Virus record (IMG/VR): IMGVR_UViG_3300013093_000017
Span: 1 to 64,000 of that record
Length of the DNA stretch: 64,000 nucleotides
Direction: 5' to 3' (one strand)
How positions within the stretch are numbered: the first letter of the stretch is position 1; every line of letters starts with the position of its first letter. Shown here one piece after another: positions 39,342 to 48,603 of the stretch. The position numbers and the translations under genes are program-made. Under the pieces are notes generated by a model. The model worked only from the letters and a program-made list of their open reading frames with translations, had not been told where the DNA came from and did no database searches.

Positions 39342-39544
39342 GGGTAATTGTAAAAGATAATAATGTCACTGTGGCATTACGTAAATTCAAAAAGAAAATA
39401 GAAGAAAGTGGAATCCTAATGGATTATATGGCCAAGATGCATTATGAAAAGCCAACCACAAAGAAAAAACGCAAAGCAAGTGCAGCCAAAGCACGCTGGG
39501 CCCGTAAGCTCAGAGATCAACAACTTCCAAAGAAAAACTATTGA
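39338..39544 (+). CDS. rpsU: Ribosomal protein bS21
   Basis: VALRKFKKKIE.SGIL...HYEKPTTKKKRK..AA.ARW. Confidence 0.88.
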   Translation: MRVIVKDNNVTVALRKFKKKIEESGILMDYMAKMHYEKPTTKKKRKASAAKARWARKLRDQQLPKKNY

Positions 39545-39569
39545 CCTTTAACCTAATAGACTATATAAT
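39541..39569 (+). promoter_or_regulatory. sigma70 promoter
   Basis: TTGACC-N17-TATAAT. Confidence 0.75.
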
Positions 39570-39604
39570 ATAATGTAGTTTATTATAATCAATGAAAGAA
39601 TCAA

Positions 39605-40138
39605 ATGGCAAAACATTTAATGGTCGATTTGGAGACTATGGCAGTTTCTCCAAATGCAGTAGTATTAACGCTAGGCGCAGTTACATTTAATCCATATGGC
39701 AACGGGTATAGTGATAAACTATACTTTCGCTTAGATCTAGATGACCAAGACAAACTAGGGCGAGAAATTGACCCCAACACATTAGATTGGTGGGCAAAAC
39801 AAGATCCAGTAGTGATGGAAGAAGCTTTCAGCCCAGATAATCGAATTCCAGTAGCAGACGGTATTGATCAGTTCCACAAATTTGCCTGGGGCTGCGATGC
39901 ATTTTGGTCACACGGTAGTGTATTTGATATTGTTATCCTTGAAAATTTATACAGACAACTAGAAAAAACTCCACCTTGGAATTTCTGGCAGATACGCGAC
40001 ACACGCACATTGTTTGATCTCGGCCATGATAGTGATATGCCCAAAGGTGGATTACATGATGCCCTACAAGATGCTATTCGTCAATCAGTGGGCGTACAAA
40101 ATATCTATAGAAAGTTGAACATTAAAGAAAATAGGTAA
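39605..40138 (+). CDS. DEDD 3'-5' exonuclease (DexA/RNase AS-like)
   Basis: MVDLET, HGSVFD, RDTRT, HDALQDA. Confidence 0.85.
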   Translation: MAKHLMVDLETMAVSPNAVVLTLGAVTFNPYGNGYSDKLYFRLDLDDQDKLGREIDPNTLDWWAKQDPVVMEEAFSPDNRIPVADGIDQFHKFAWGCDAFWSHGSVFDIVILENLYRQLEKTPPWNFWQIRDTRTLFDLGHDSDMPKGGLHDALQDAIRQSVGVQNIYRKLNIKENR

Positions 40139-40893
40139 TGTCTAAGATTTTTGATAAACTATTTTTTCTAGGGCCAATGACATTAGGTGATAACTTTGTC
40201 TATTCTGGAGTGGCACACTATTACGGTGATAGATGCGAAGAATTACATCTACCTGTGTTCGCTGCTTTCTATGATACTATGAAAACCCTGTATCAAGATC
40301 ATCCTCACATCAAAGTAGTAGAAATGATGCCATATGATCAGGGCGAAAATCAATACGTTAAAGATCACGGGTTATCAAGACTGATCAGACATGATATGTT
40401 TAGGACTGAAATCAATGGAGTTCCTGTTAGCGTAATGTGGGATGAACAGATATACGCTCAATTTGAATTACCGTTTGGTCTGCGTTATAGTAATTTCAGA
40501 TTGCCAAAGCATATTGCAGGCTCACAAGAACTGTATACTCGTTTGTCTAATAATGAGCCATATATCCTAGTACATAAATTTACAGGATTACATCCAGACG
40601 GGATTCCAATCGATATAGCTGGATTTAGAAAAGCAAACAATTTGCCCGATATCAAGGTCATTGAGGTAACAGCAGGTATAACTACTGATATGATGCAATA
40701 TGTTGAGCTGATCAAAAATGCAACAGAAATACACTGTGTTCCAAGTAGTTTTTTCTGCTTAGTTGACAGCATCTATGATAAGACTAATGCTAAATTATTT
40801 TATCATGATGTTAGAGCTAATACCTTAATGCGAATAAACTCAAAATGGAACAACAATCCCTGGAATATTGTTAACTATGCTACCAAACTATAA
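40138..40893 (+). CDS. Hypothetical, glycosyltransferase-like protein
   Basis: LGDN...; PYILVH; IHCVPSSF; context next to a methyltransferase. Confidence 0.5.
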   Translation: MSKIFDKLFFLGPMTLGDNFVYSGVAHYYGDRCEELHLPVFAAFYDTMKTLYQDHPHIKVVEMMPYDQGENQYVKDHGLSRLIRHDMFRTEINGVPVSVMWDEQIYAQFELPFGLRYSNFRLPKHIAGSQELYTRLSNNEPYILVHKFTGLHPDGIPIDIAGFRKANNLPDIKVIEVTAGITTDMMQYVELIKNATEIHCVPSSFFCLVDSIYDKTNAKLFYHDVRANTLMRINSKWNNNPWNIVNYATKL

Positions 40894-41503
40894 ACAAGAT
40901 GAATTTGGTGTTATACATCAAATTGACCGTAAACCTTATGTATATGATACATCCTACATTGACAAAGGATACGGAACACTAAGACAATTAACTGACGAAA
41001 TGGCCTATTTAAGATTAGGATACATTCGCGGTGCTATCGGCATTCCAATTAATTCTATATTAGATGTAGGGTATGGTACTGGTGATTTCTTAAAGGTATG
41101 TAAACGTACTATTCCAAATAGTTGCGGACATGATCTATTCAAGGACCTATTACCCGAAGGTTGTACATTTATTGATTCTATTACTGATACATATTTTGAT
41201 GTAATAACATTCTTTGACTCACTTGAACATTATCCAGATATTGATTTTGTGCGAAATCTACAGTGTAGGTATGTGGTAATATCATTACCATGGTGTCACA
41301 ATATCAACGACGAATGGTTTGAAAATTGGAAACATCGTAAACCAGATGAACACCTGCATCATTTCAACAGAGCAAGCCTACAGGCATTTATGAATGACAA
41401 AGGGTTTGATATGGTAACCTACAATAACGTTGAAGATACTATTAGAACATCGACTAGCAAATATCCAAATATATTAACAGCAGTGTTCAAGAAGCGCGAT
41501 TAA
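40877..41503 (+). CDS. Class I SAM-dependent methyltransferase
   Basis: ILDVGYGTGDFL, FDVITFFDSLEH. Confidence 0.85.
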   Translation: MLPNYKQDEFGVIHQIDRKPYVYDTSYIDKGYGTLRQLTDEMAYLRLGYIRGAIGIPINSILDVGYGTGDFLKVCKRTIPNSCGHDLFKDLLPEGCTFIDSITDTYFDVITFFDSLEHYPDIDFVRNLQCRYVVISLPWCHNINDEWFENWKHRKPDEHLHHFNRASLQAFMNDKGFDMVTYNNVEDTIRTSTSKYPNILTAVFKKRD

Positions 41504-41514
41504 TAAATAGTAGT

Positions 41515-41775
41515 ATGAAGATCAATGAGCTACTAACAGAACTAACATTTATGGGTCATACCTGTACCAAAGACTGTAGCGGGCATGCGGCAGGTTATGC
41601 CTATGCTCAGGCTAAAGGACTAAAGTCTCCTACTCATAGCAAGAGCAAAAGTTTCGATTTTGGCACAGGAATAGCAGTCAAGGCTAATAAAGACAAAAAG
41701 ATTCCACCTAAGCCCCAAGCTGAAGAACCAGAAGAGGAAGAAACAGCACCTCCTGGTCCTAACGATACAATTTAG
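41515..41775 (+). CDS. Hypothetical late protein
   Basis: ATAAATA upstream; CTKDCSGHAAGY. Confidence 0.6.
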   Translation: MKINELLTELTFMGHTCTKDCSGHAAGYAYAQAKGLKSPTHSKSKSFDFGTGIAVKANKDKKIPPKPQAEEPEEEETAPPGPNDTI

Positions 41776-42188
41776 AACCAGCCAATCTTTTCACCGCGAG
41801 CTTTGCGTTCGTCATACTCTTCGGGAGTACTGGGATATTTCAGAGCCCACACAGCAACCAATAGCATAACAAATCCCACACCTAATACCAGTTTCCAATT
41901 GTGAGTAGTAAACCACATGATAACCAAGCTAGTGTCCATGGTAGCAACCATGGCCCATTTACCGTAGGTAGGAAACACACGCTTTTCACTCCAATTGCGT
42001 AGGAAAGGTCCAAAAATCTTATGATTCATCATCCAATCATACCAACGTTTATTGCTCTTACCAAAACAGTAAGCAGCCCCTACTGTTGGAGTACTCCACG
42101 GAATACCCGGAGTGACTAATCCAATGTAGGCTAATCCTAATAACAGCATACCTAATGTGAACCAAAGTGTTTGTTTAAATTTATTCAT
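41772..42188 (-). CDS. YbaN/DUF454-family membrane protein
   Basis: LGLAYIGLVTPGIPWSTP...AYCF.KSN.RWYDWMMNHKIFGP. Confidence 0.8.
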   Translation of the reverse strand: MNKFKQTLWFTLGMLLLGLAYIGLVTPGIPWSTPTVGAAYCFGKSNKRWYDWMMNHKIFGPFLRNWSEKRVFPTYGKWAMVATMDTSLVIMWFTTHNWKLVLGVGFVMLLVAVWALKYPSTPEEYDERKARGEKIGWF

Positions 42189-42203
42189 AATGGTATTTAT
42201 TGG

Positions 42204-42232
42204 TTGACACTTTTACCAGAATAGTATATAAT
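42204..42232 (+). promoter_or_regulatory. sigma70 promoter of the small-gene early cluster
   Basis: Perfect TTGACA-N17-TATAAT. Confidence 0.85.
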
Positions 42233-42261
42233 GTATGTATATTAGCAATGAAGGATATTAA

Positions 42262-42525
42262 ATGAAAATCTTAAAGTTTATCAAATGGCAGTGGGCAAAG
42301 TTTGATGCATGGCAGAAATGGTATATTGTAGCCTGTGCATTAGGTGGAGCAGGTGCGTTTAATCGTAATCCCACAGAACAAAAATATTTGCTAGGAATCG
42401 CAGTACTTATTGGCATAGGATTAGTATTCAACTGGTTAGTATTAAGTACTATCAAATCAAGTTACAAAGAGTTTGAAAAAGAATATAACGGATTATTTGA
42501 CAAGATTAAGGATTCGGAAAAATGA
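42262..42525 (+). CDS. Small membrane protein
   Basis: Two hydrophobic segments. Confidence 0.6.
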   Translation: MKILKFIKWQWAKFDAWQKWYIVACALGGAGAFNRNPTEQKYLLGIAVLIGIGLVFNWLVLSTIKSSYKEFEKEYNGLFDKIKDSEK

Positions 42526-42824
42526 AAATCATTGCCAAGGTAGATTCAGAAAAGTTATTTTGTGAAATAACCCGTGACGAAATTGCTCTAATGCTAGGTA
42601 TAGAACACGCATACGATATTGATCCTGATGATATCACCGTTGGCGAAAATATTGACCTTGCTCGTATTATCAAAGCCACACGTTTGATACGCAGCCTTGA
42701 TGAGAGACACTTAGTTAACATCATCGCAGAGATGAAAAATGCATTAACAGTTGTTGAAAAAGTTAAAGAAACATTGGGTGCATTAACCTTGTTTGACAAA
42801 ATAAGAGAATCGGACACATTATGA
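42522..42824 (+). CDS. Hypothetical protein
   Basis: ATGA-coupled. Confidence 0.6.
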   Translation: MKIIAKVDSEKLFCEITRDEIALMLGIEHAYDIDPDDITVGENIDLARIIKATRLIRSLDERHLVNIIAEMKNALTVVEKVKETLGALTLFDKIRESDTL

Positions 42825-43636
42825 AAATTACAGTAGTATCGGATCTACACTTAGAATTTGGATATCAATCTCTTCCGGGTGGCGAAGTGTTGATCCTTGC
42901 TGGCGATATGTGTGAGAAGCGTAGCATTAGCAAAGCCTTACATCAAACTAAACCTTATCCACGTGAAGCAGGATATTACCCTTGCTGGGACTTCTTTGAG
43001 TTTGAATGTGCCAAGTATGAAAAAGTATTTTATGTCTTGGGCAACCATGAACACTATCACAGCCATTTGGACAAGACTGTAAATGAAGTTAAAGAGTTGT
43101 TAGCTGGTTACAACATTACAATCCTTGAAGATGAGTGTGAAGAATACAAGGGTGTGTTATTTGTGGGCTCTACTCTTTGGACTGACTGCAACAAGGGCGA
43201 TCCAATAACTTTTCATGCGTTGAAGAGTTTCATGAGTGACTTTAGAGTTATCACTGAACACAACAAGGCTAAAGGTATCTATCATAAGTTAAGTCCTGAA
43301 AAAACTGCTGATGTACATTTTGCCAGCAAACAGTATATCAGTAAGATAGCAGAACTTAATAGAGATAAGCCTGTTGTGGTTATTACTCATCACGCACCAA
43401 GTTTTGCTAGTGTGAATGAAAAGTATGCGAATGAACTAACAGTCAACGGTGGATATGCTAGTGACCTAAGTGAACTAATTTTAGATAATCCTAATATCAA
43501 ATATTGGTTCCACGGACACATGCACGATCCAGTTGATTATACTATTGGTGAAACACGCATTATTTCTAATCCAAAGGGGTATACGGGTCATGAGGATACT
43601 TGGCAGTTTGATCCAGACTTTGTAGTTGAACTATGA
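42821..43636 (+). CDS. Calcineurin-like metallophosphoesterase
   Basis: SDLHLE, LAGD, GNHEHY, THHAPS, HGHMH. Confidence 0.9.
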   Translation: MKITVVSDLHLEFGYQSLPGGEVLILAGDMCEKRSISKALHQTKPYPREAGYYPCWDFFEFECAKYEKVFYVLGNHEHYHSHLDKTVNEVKELLAGYNITILEDECEEYKGVLFVGSTLWTDCNKGDPITFHALKSFMSDFRVITEHNKAKGIYHKLSPEKTADVHFASKQYISKIAELNRDKPVVVITHHAPSFASVNEKYANELTVNGGYASDLSELILDNPNIKYWFHGHMHDPVDYTIGETRIISNPKGYTGHEDTWQFDPDFVVEL

Positions 43637-43848
43637 AGATTAAATTCAAAAATAGCCTTGAACTTGAAAGGGCTACTTTGTGGTTGAGTCAGCACGTCAG
43701 TCCGTTAAAGTACTACCTGCACGATGGACGTATGGGTAGTACTGATTGGCGCTACAATACCAAGACCTACGAATTAGAGGTAGATGATGAGCGTCAGTTA
43801 ACTATGTTATTATTAAGATTTACTCCCGATGATACATATTTGCGGTGA
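43633..43848 (+). CDS. Small paralogue (F-x-L-R/K-W/F family)
   Basis: C-terminal EVDDERQLTMLLLRF. Confidence 0.55.
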   Translation: MKIKFKNSLELERATLWLSQHVSPLKYYLHDGRMGSTDWRYNTKTYELEVDDERQLTMLLLRFTPDDTYLR

Positions 43849-43855
43849 GGTGGAC

Positions 43856-44020
43856 ATGAAAACAATCAAGTGGCAATACAACGGTGTTGCACCGTGGCAT
43901 ACAATCATTGCTTGGTGCTATGATCATCTTAAGAAGGATGATTGGGAAACCAACATGAATGAAACTATTTGCTTTGAAAGTGAACAAGCATATATCTTGT
44001 TTATATTGAGGTTTAGCTAG
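43856..44020 (+). CDS. Small paralogue (F-x-L-R/K-W/F family)
   Basis: CFESEQAYILFILRFS. Confidence 0.65.
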   Translation: MKTIKWQYNGVAPWHTIIAWCYDHLKKDDWETNMNETICFESEQAYILFILRFS

Positions 44021-44021
44021 C

Positions 44022-44204
44022 ATGACCATTGGGGTTTTTGTTTCAGATGACAAATTTGATGCTGCCTATGATTGGTGTTTGGAAACATTTGGTCACGATC
44101 ATAATAATGATAGATGGTATACTATAGTAGAACCATTATATTCAGAAGAATTTATTTTTGAGCATGAAAAAGATGCTATATTGTTTATGTTGAGGTGGGT
44201 ATGA
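44022..44204 (+). CDS. Small paralogue (F-x-L-R/K-W/F family)
   Basis: IFEHEKDAILFMLRWV. Confidence 0.65.
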   Translation: MTIGVFVSDDKFDAAYDWCLETFGHDHNNDRWYTIVEPLYSEEFIFEHEKDAILFMLRWV

Positions 44205-44476
44205 TAATTACCAACAGCTTAGATTGGACAGATATTGAAATAGAGATCAATAGAATGAGCCTACTTGTGCAGGCAAAGTACAAGCGTGATATTAATCGTA
44301 TCACAGGCAATCTCTACAATATGGTTCAAGAACTTAGTAAGTTAGAATTAAAGCATAGACGAACAAATACTAAGAATAGTCTGTTGGCCTGTGAAAACAA
44401 GGCTGCTGAAATAAATGCTGTATTGAACCAATTTGAAAAACTTCATCTAATGGCCATGTTAAGCGGTGATCGTTAA
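44201..44476 (+). CDS. Hypothetical helical protein
   Basis: GAGGT RBS inside the upstream paralogue motif. Confidence 0.55.
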   Translation: MIITNSLDWTDIEIEINRMSLLVQAKYKRDINRITGNLYNMVQELSKLELKHRRTNTKNSLLACENKAAEINAVLNQFEKLHLMAMLSGDR

Positions 44477-44478
44477 TA

Positions 44479-44871
44479 ATGATATTAACTAAAGAACAGA
44501 TCCGCAATAAGAAATGGGCAGTTACATGGGACAATGCCAGTGAGGCGGAAGAAATCTTCTATTGGAAATTGTGGAAGTTTGCCTTTGCTAAATGTCGTGC
44601 AATGGGGGAAGTTGGTATAGGATATAAACCAACGATCATCGGCGAGTCGGGATTCGTACATTGGATCAGTTGGGAAGCGTGGCAATATATCCCCGAAGAC
44701 GATGAAAGTCAAGAAAGATATAGACAGATGTTGTTTAGAAATGTTCCAGAAGGTGCTACTATAAATGCCATGGTATTTTCAACTGAACACGAAGCAGATG
44801 CGTTCAAAAATGAAATTGAAAAGCGCATGATCTGGAAACATCTCGGAGGCACTCCGTACTGGCATGTATGA
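44479..44871 (+). CDS. Hypothetical protein (weak family motif)
   Basis: VFSTEHEADAFK. Confidence 0.55.
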   Translation: MILTKEQIRNKKWAVTWDNASEAEEIFYWKLWKFAFAKCRAMGEVGIGYKPTIIGESGFVHWISWEAWQYIPEDDESQERYRQMLFRNVPEGATINAMVFSTEHEADAFKNEIEKRMIWKHLGGTPYWHV

Positions 44872-45136
44872 ACTAACACAAGAAGATATTGATACCTACT
44901 GGATGGCCATAGAAGGTGGCATGGGCTGGATGCGTAAGTGGCTAGGGTGGTGGGTATGCCCTAACTACGAACACTCAACTTTAATACGAGAATGGTGTAA
45001 TGATGTTGTGGGAGAATTTGATATAGAATGGGCCTACTATGACGGACGTTATTACTTTAAGGATAAGAATATTGCATTGATGTTCTTATTAAAGTTTGGT
45101 ACCAAAGATCGTCGTATTGATTATGAAGGATGGTAA
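44864..45136 (+). CDS. Small paralogue (F-x-L-R/K-W/F family)
   Basis: YFKDKNIALMFLLKFG. Confidence 0.65.
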   Translation: MYELTQEDIDTYWMAIEGGMGWMRKWLGWWVCPNYEHSTLIREWCNDVVGEFDIEWAYYDGRYYFKDKNIALMFLLKFGTKDRRIDYEGW

Positions 45137-45397
45137 ATGGTATACTATGAAATACATTCAGGACCGATAGTACACGCATTTCGCAATGCCCTTAAGAACG
45201 ATACTCGTATAGTTGATTATACAGATCATATAGATCTAGTAGAACAATTGGGTCAGTATAATAATTGTCGTATTGTTGGTAATGCATTTTCTGTTACTGA
45301 TCCGACAACTAAACAGGTTAAGAGAACTTGGGAAACTACGGGTATAGAGTTTCCCGATGAAAAAGCCTACATGTGGTTTATGTTGAGGTGGGGATGA
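45137..45397 (+). CDS. Small paralogue (F-x-L-R/K-W/F family)
   Basis: EFPDEKAYMWFMLRWG. Confidence 0.65.
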   Translation: MVYYEIHSGPIVHAFRNALKNDTRIVDYTDHIDLVEQLGQYNNCRIVGNAFSVTDPTTKQVKRTWETTGIEFPDEKAYMWFMLRWG

Positions 45398-45612
45398 AGG
45401 TTCGGATACGCGATATACCCTCAGCGTTTCATAATGCCAATCAAGCTGTAATTGCCAAAGGTGGCTTTGGGTTAGAGAGATTCAGTCACATAGACGCATT
45501 TGAACAGGCTTACAATGTTAAGATTATTCAAAGTGCATGGGGTTCCTGGGATGAATTAGAGTTTCCTAGCAGTGAAGCATATACTTGGTTTATGTTAAAG
45601 TGGGGATGTTAA
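45394..45612 (+). CDS. Small paralogue (F-x-L-R/K-W/F family)
   Basis: EFPSSEAYTWFMLKWG. Confidence 0.65.
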   Translation: MKVRIRDIPSAFHNANQAVIAKGGFGLERFSHIDAFEQAYNVKIIQSAWGSWDELEFPSSEAYTWFMLKWGC

Positions 45613-45884
45613 TGAGAGCAGCACCAGCAGAACGACATATGGCAGAACATCAGCTACTCAATCAAGGGTGGCAGGCTGTTCGCATACCCAAAGTCCAACC
45701 ACGATCCTATTACAGTATGATGAAGTGGTGTGAGGATACTCTTGGACCGGGCAGACCAGAACCTGGCCATAATTGGTTAGATGGAGAAGATGTTTGGTAC
45801 ACATTTAGTTGGTTTGGGTATTATAATTTTCACTTTAAGAATGAGCGTGATGCTACTATGTTTATATTAAGGTGGGGAGGATGA
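45612..45884 (+). CDS. Small paralogue (F-x-L-R/K-W/F family)
   Basis: HFKNERDATMFILRWG. Confidence 0.65.
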   Translation: MRAAPAERHMAEHQLLNQGWQAVRIPKVQPRSYYSMMKWCEDTLGPGRPEPGHNWLDGEDVWYTFSWFGYYNFHFKNERDATMFILRWGG

Positions 45885-46093
45885 GAATATTGAACAAGAA
45901 GTATTGGCCGCATCGTGTGAAACTTGAATGTAAGACCTATGATAATTTTGATGATATGCGTGCTTGGTTACATAGTTCACTCAAGTGTGAGTGGCAGGTG
46001 GTACAGGGCATGAGCGATAAGACTCTAGACTTCTACTTCAAAGAAGCCAAGTATGCAACCTTGTTTATGTTAAAGTGGGGAGAACACCAATGA
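45881..46093 (+). CDS. Small paralogue (F-x-L-R/K-W/F family)
   Basis: YFKEAKYATLFMLKWG. Confidence 0.65.
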   Translation: MRILNKKYWPHRVKLECKTYDNFDDMRAWLHSSLKCEWQVVQGMSDKTLDFYFKEAKYATLFMLKWGEHQ

Positions 46094-46347
46094 GCAAATC
46101 TGTTATAATGTCGCCGCCCGGCTGGGATAGACTTAATGCTCGTTTGGTCAATGATCACAAACCTAGTATAATGTTGATACGTGAAAAGATGCGTCGAGTG
46201 TTGGGATTTACTGTTCGTACGCACAACTACTACAACACAGATGATGACTACTACGTAGAAGAAGTACACCTTGACTTCTACGATGAAGCTAAACGTACTA
46301 TGTTCTTATTAAAGTATTCGGAATATCTAGATGAAAAAGTTCGATAA
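46090..46347 (+). CDS. Small paralogue (F-x-L-R/K-W/F family)
   Basis: DFYDEAKRTMFLLKYS. Confidence 0.65.
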   Translation: MSKSVIMSPPGWDRLNARLVNDHKPSIMLIREKMRRVLGFTVRTHNYYNTDDDYYVEEVHLDFYDEAKRTMFLLKYSEYLDEKVR

Positions 46348-46522
46348 CGAACCCTACGATCAATATATTAAACGTGTTAGGATACACGAGCTTGGCATTG
46401 CCTTACAAGCATTGGCCAACGGGGGTGATCCTAAGTTAATTCTAACGGCCATGAGTATGCGTATTGTAGACAAAGCTCTACATCCGTTATATAAGAAAAT
46501 AAATGAACAAAATATCACTTGA
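46331..46522 (+). CDS. Hypothetical protein
   Basis: 63 aa ORF in operon. Confidence 0.55.
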   Translation: MKKFDNEPYDQYIKRVRIHELGIALQALANGGDPKLILTAMSMRIVDKALHPLYKKINEQNIT

Positions 46523-46552
46523 CATTAAGTGTACATTTATCTATAATAAATA
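46519..46552 (+). promoter_or_regulatory. Overlapping sigma70 and late promoters of hsp20
   Basis: TTGACA-N17-TATAAT running into AATAAATA. Confidence 0.75.
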
Positions 46553-46629
46553 GTGTTGTAGAGCACCTTATGGGCTTTACACAATGGGCAAACTGCCCCT
46601 TATGATTCTTACTTATAAAGGAGAAAATT

Positions 46630-47064
46630 ATGAATCAATTAGTACGCTTTGACACAAACTCTTTGAATAGAGTATTTTTAGGATTTGATACATTGTTTAA
46701 CGATTTAGAAAATCGTATCGCAAATCAAGTCAACAATAACTATCCACCTTACAATTTCTTAAAGCACGACGATGACTCATATGAGATACAGGTCGCTGTT
46801 AGCGGATTTGATCCAGATGAGGTTACTGTTGAAGTTAATCAAGATCAATTAATTGTTAAAGGTCAACGCAAAAATCCTAATGATGAAGATGCTAATTATC
46901 TACATCGTGGGCTAGCTGGGCGAGACTTTGTTCGCTCTTGGACACTAGCGGATCACATCGAAGTAGGTAAAGGTCGTATCAAAAACGGAATTCTTACTGT
47001 AGAACTTACACGAATAATTCCAGAGGCATTAAAACCTCGTTTAATCAAAGTCACTGCTGAGTGA
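46630..47064 (+). CDS. Small heat-shock protein (Hsp20/IbpA-like)
   Basis: YPPYN, IQVAVSGF, YLHRGLAGRDF, NGILTVEL. Confidence 0.92.
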   Translation: MNQLVRFDTNSLNRVFLGFDTLFNDLENRIANQVNNNYPPYNFLKHDDDSYEIQVAVSGFDPDEVTVEVNQDQLIVKGQRKNPNDEDANYLHRGLAGRDFVRSWTLADHIEVGKGRIKNGILTVELTRIIPEALKPRLIKVTAE

Positions 47065-47113
47065 TAATCCGGGAGGGGAAACCCTCCCTTACATACTATA
47101 GAATGGATATATA

Positions 47114-47416
47114 ATGGCTGAAGCTATCACCACAAGAAAAGACCAAACAAAGAACAAACTAAAAGAACCGGGTAAATTTAAGGTTGTTGTATTAAACGAT
47201 GACTTCACACCTATGGATTTTGTTGTAGCAATGTTTATGGCTGTGTTCAAACATTCAGAAGCACAGGCAGTTGATCTTACAATGAAGATTCATAATGATG
47301 GGTCAGCAATCGCTGGGATTTACACCTATGAAATCGCAGAACAGAAAGCAATTGACTCAACTACGCTGGCACGCGAAAATGGTCATCCACTCCAAATTAA
47401 GGTAGAACCAGAATGA
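47114..47416 (+). CDS. clpS: ClpS N-end-rule adaptor
   Basis: FKVVVLNDDFTPMDFVV...IHNDG.AIAGIYTYEIAEQK...GHPL. Confidence 0.93.
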   Translation: MAEAITTRKDQTKNKLKEPGKFKVVVLNDDFTPMDFVVAMFMAVFKHSEAQAVDLTMKIHNDGSAIAGIYTYEIAEQKAIDSTTLARENGHPLQIKVEPE

Positions 47417-47943
47417 GTTTGAAAGATCTAACCTGGGCCAAACACCAGGCGGCAGAAGATACGCCTTTCATGAAGGCAGTATTCAACCAAAAGATGCCCG
47501 AATCAGTTTGGGCAGACTATACATACAACAAAATGTTGTGGTACGGTGCTATTGAATCAAAAGCACGGGCAGAAGGTTTGTTAGATGATTTGCCAGGTAT
47601 CGAACGTGCATACTTCTTATGGCAAGATAGTAATGAAATGTTTGAAGGTAACTTTCCTCGTTGCAAACAAATAGCACGTGAATATCAATTATATATTTTC
47701 AATTTAGAGCCAGGCAAGGTCCTAGCACACTTGTACACATGGCACATGGGCGATTTATTTGGTGGACAGATGATTAAGAAAATGTTGCCAGGTCCACACC
47801 GTAATCTAGAGTTTAAAGAAGCAGATGATCTAAAGCGTGCTATCCGAAGCAAACTTACAGATGATCTAGCACCGGAGGCTAATATCGCATTTGATTGGGC
47901 TATCCGTATTATGAACAGTTATAATGACCAGTTCGATATTTGA
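47413..47943 (+). CDS. Heme oxygenase
   Basis: LKDLTWAKHQAAE, AHLYTWHMGDLFGGQMI. Confidence 0.85.
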   Translation: MSLKDLTWAKHQAAEDTPFMKAVFNQKMPESVWADYTYNKMLWYGAIESKARAEGLLDDLPGIERAYFLWQDSNEMFEGNFPRCKQIAREYQLYIFNLEPGKVLAHLYTWHMGDLFGGQMIKKMLPGPHRNLEFKEADDLKRAIRSKLTDDLAPEANIAFDWAIRIMNSYNDQFDI

Positions 47944-48601
47944 TCAAAGTACAGCCTGCGCAGACGAAATACTAAAACGTTTTCAAAAAGTAGGTACTAC
48001 ACATAAAGAAAACTACACTGAGGATTATCCCAGTGTAGATTTTTCTTTTGAAAGCCCTAACTTTCGTAGAGCACATCTTAGCATAGTAGATGCACGTGAG
48101 ACTAAGAAAGTGTGGATGATGCATTGCTGTATATTCCCAAACCTAACAGATCCTAGTCCAATATTTGGATTTGACATCATTGCTGGTCCTAGCCGTGCAA
48201 GTGGAGCATTTCAGGATTTTTCGTGCGGCGGCGATATTGATCACCCTATGATAAAGTGGTTTAGCAAGCGTGCTGAACAAGCGGCATGGCAGCGTGAGCG
48301 TGAACTGCCAGAGTGGGGACAACGCATATTCAGCAAAGATATGGTTGCTGTGGGCAACCTAGATGATCTTGAGTTATACAAGTTTGTTAAGTTTGGTTTA
48401 GAAAACCTAGACTACTATCTTGCTAATGTTGGTGCTACTCGTGGACAACGATTAGACACTAGAGGAAAACAAAACTACTATTGTGAAAATCAAAAGTTAA
48501 ATCCCCACACTCCTAGATTTATGCAGAGTCTAGGACTTACTGAACTACAGGCCACTAAATTCATGAACGAAGTCTTGTTCCCAGAGTTAGATAAATATTA
48601 G
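47924..48601 (+). CDS. Ferredoxin-dependent bilin reductase (PcyA/PcyX-like)
   Basis: FRRAHL, MMHCCIFP, PIFGFDIIAG, ELPEWG.RIFS, LNPHT. Confidence 0.85.
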   Translation: MTSSIFDQSTACADEILKRFQKVGTTHKENYTEDYPSVDFSFESPNFRRAHLSIVDARETKKVWMMHCCIFPNLTDPSPIFGFDIIAGPSRASGAFQDFSCGGDIDHPMIKWFSKRAEQAAWQRERELPEWGQRIFSKDMVAVGNLDDLELYKFVKFGLENLDYYLANVGATRGQRLDTRGKQNYYCENQKLNPHTPRFMQSLGLTELQATKFMNEVLFPELDKY

Positions 48602-48603
48602 CT

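Noticed and set aside
46555-46625. Hairpins in the hsp20 leader as CIRCE, ROSE or a riboswitch
   Set aside because: Stems are present (GTAGAGC/GCTTTAC, GGGC/GCCC) but do not match any consensus I can verify
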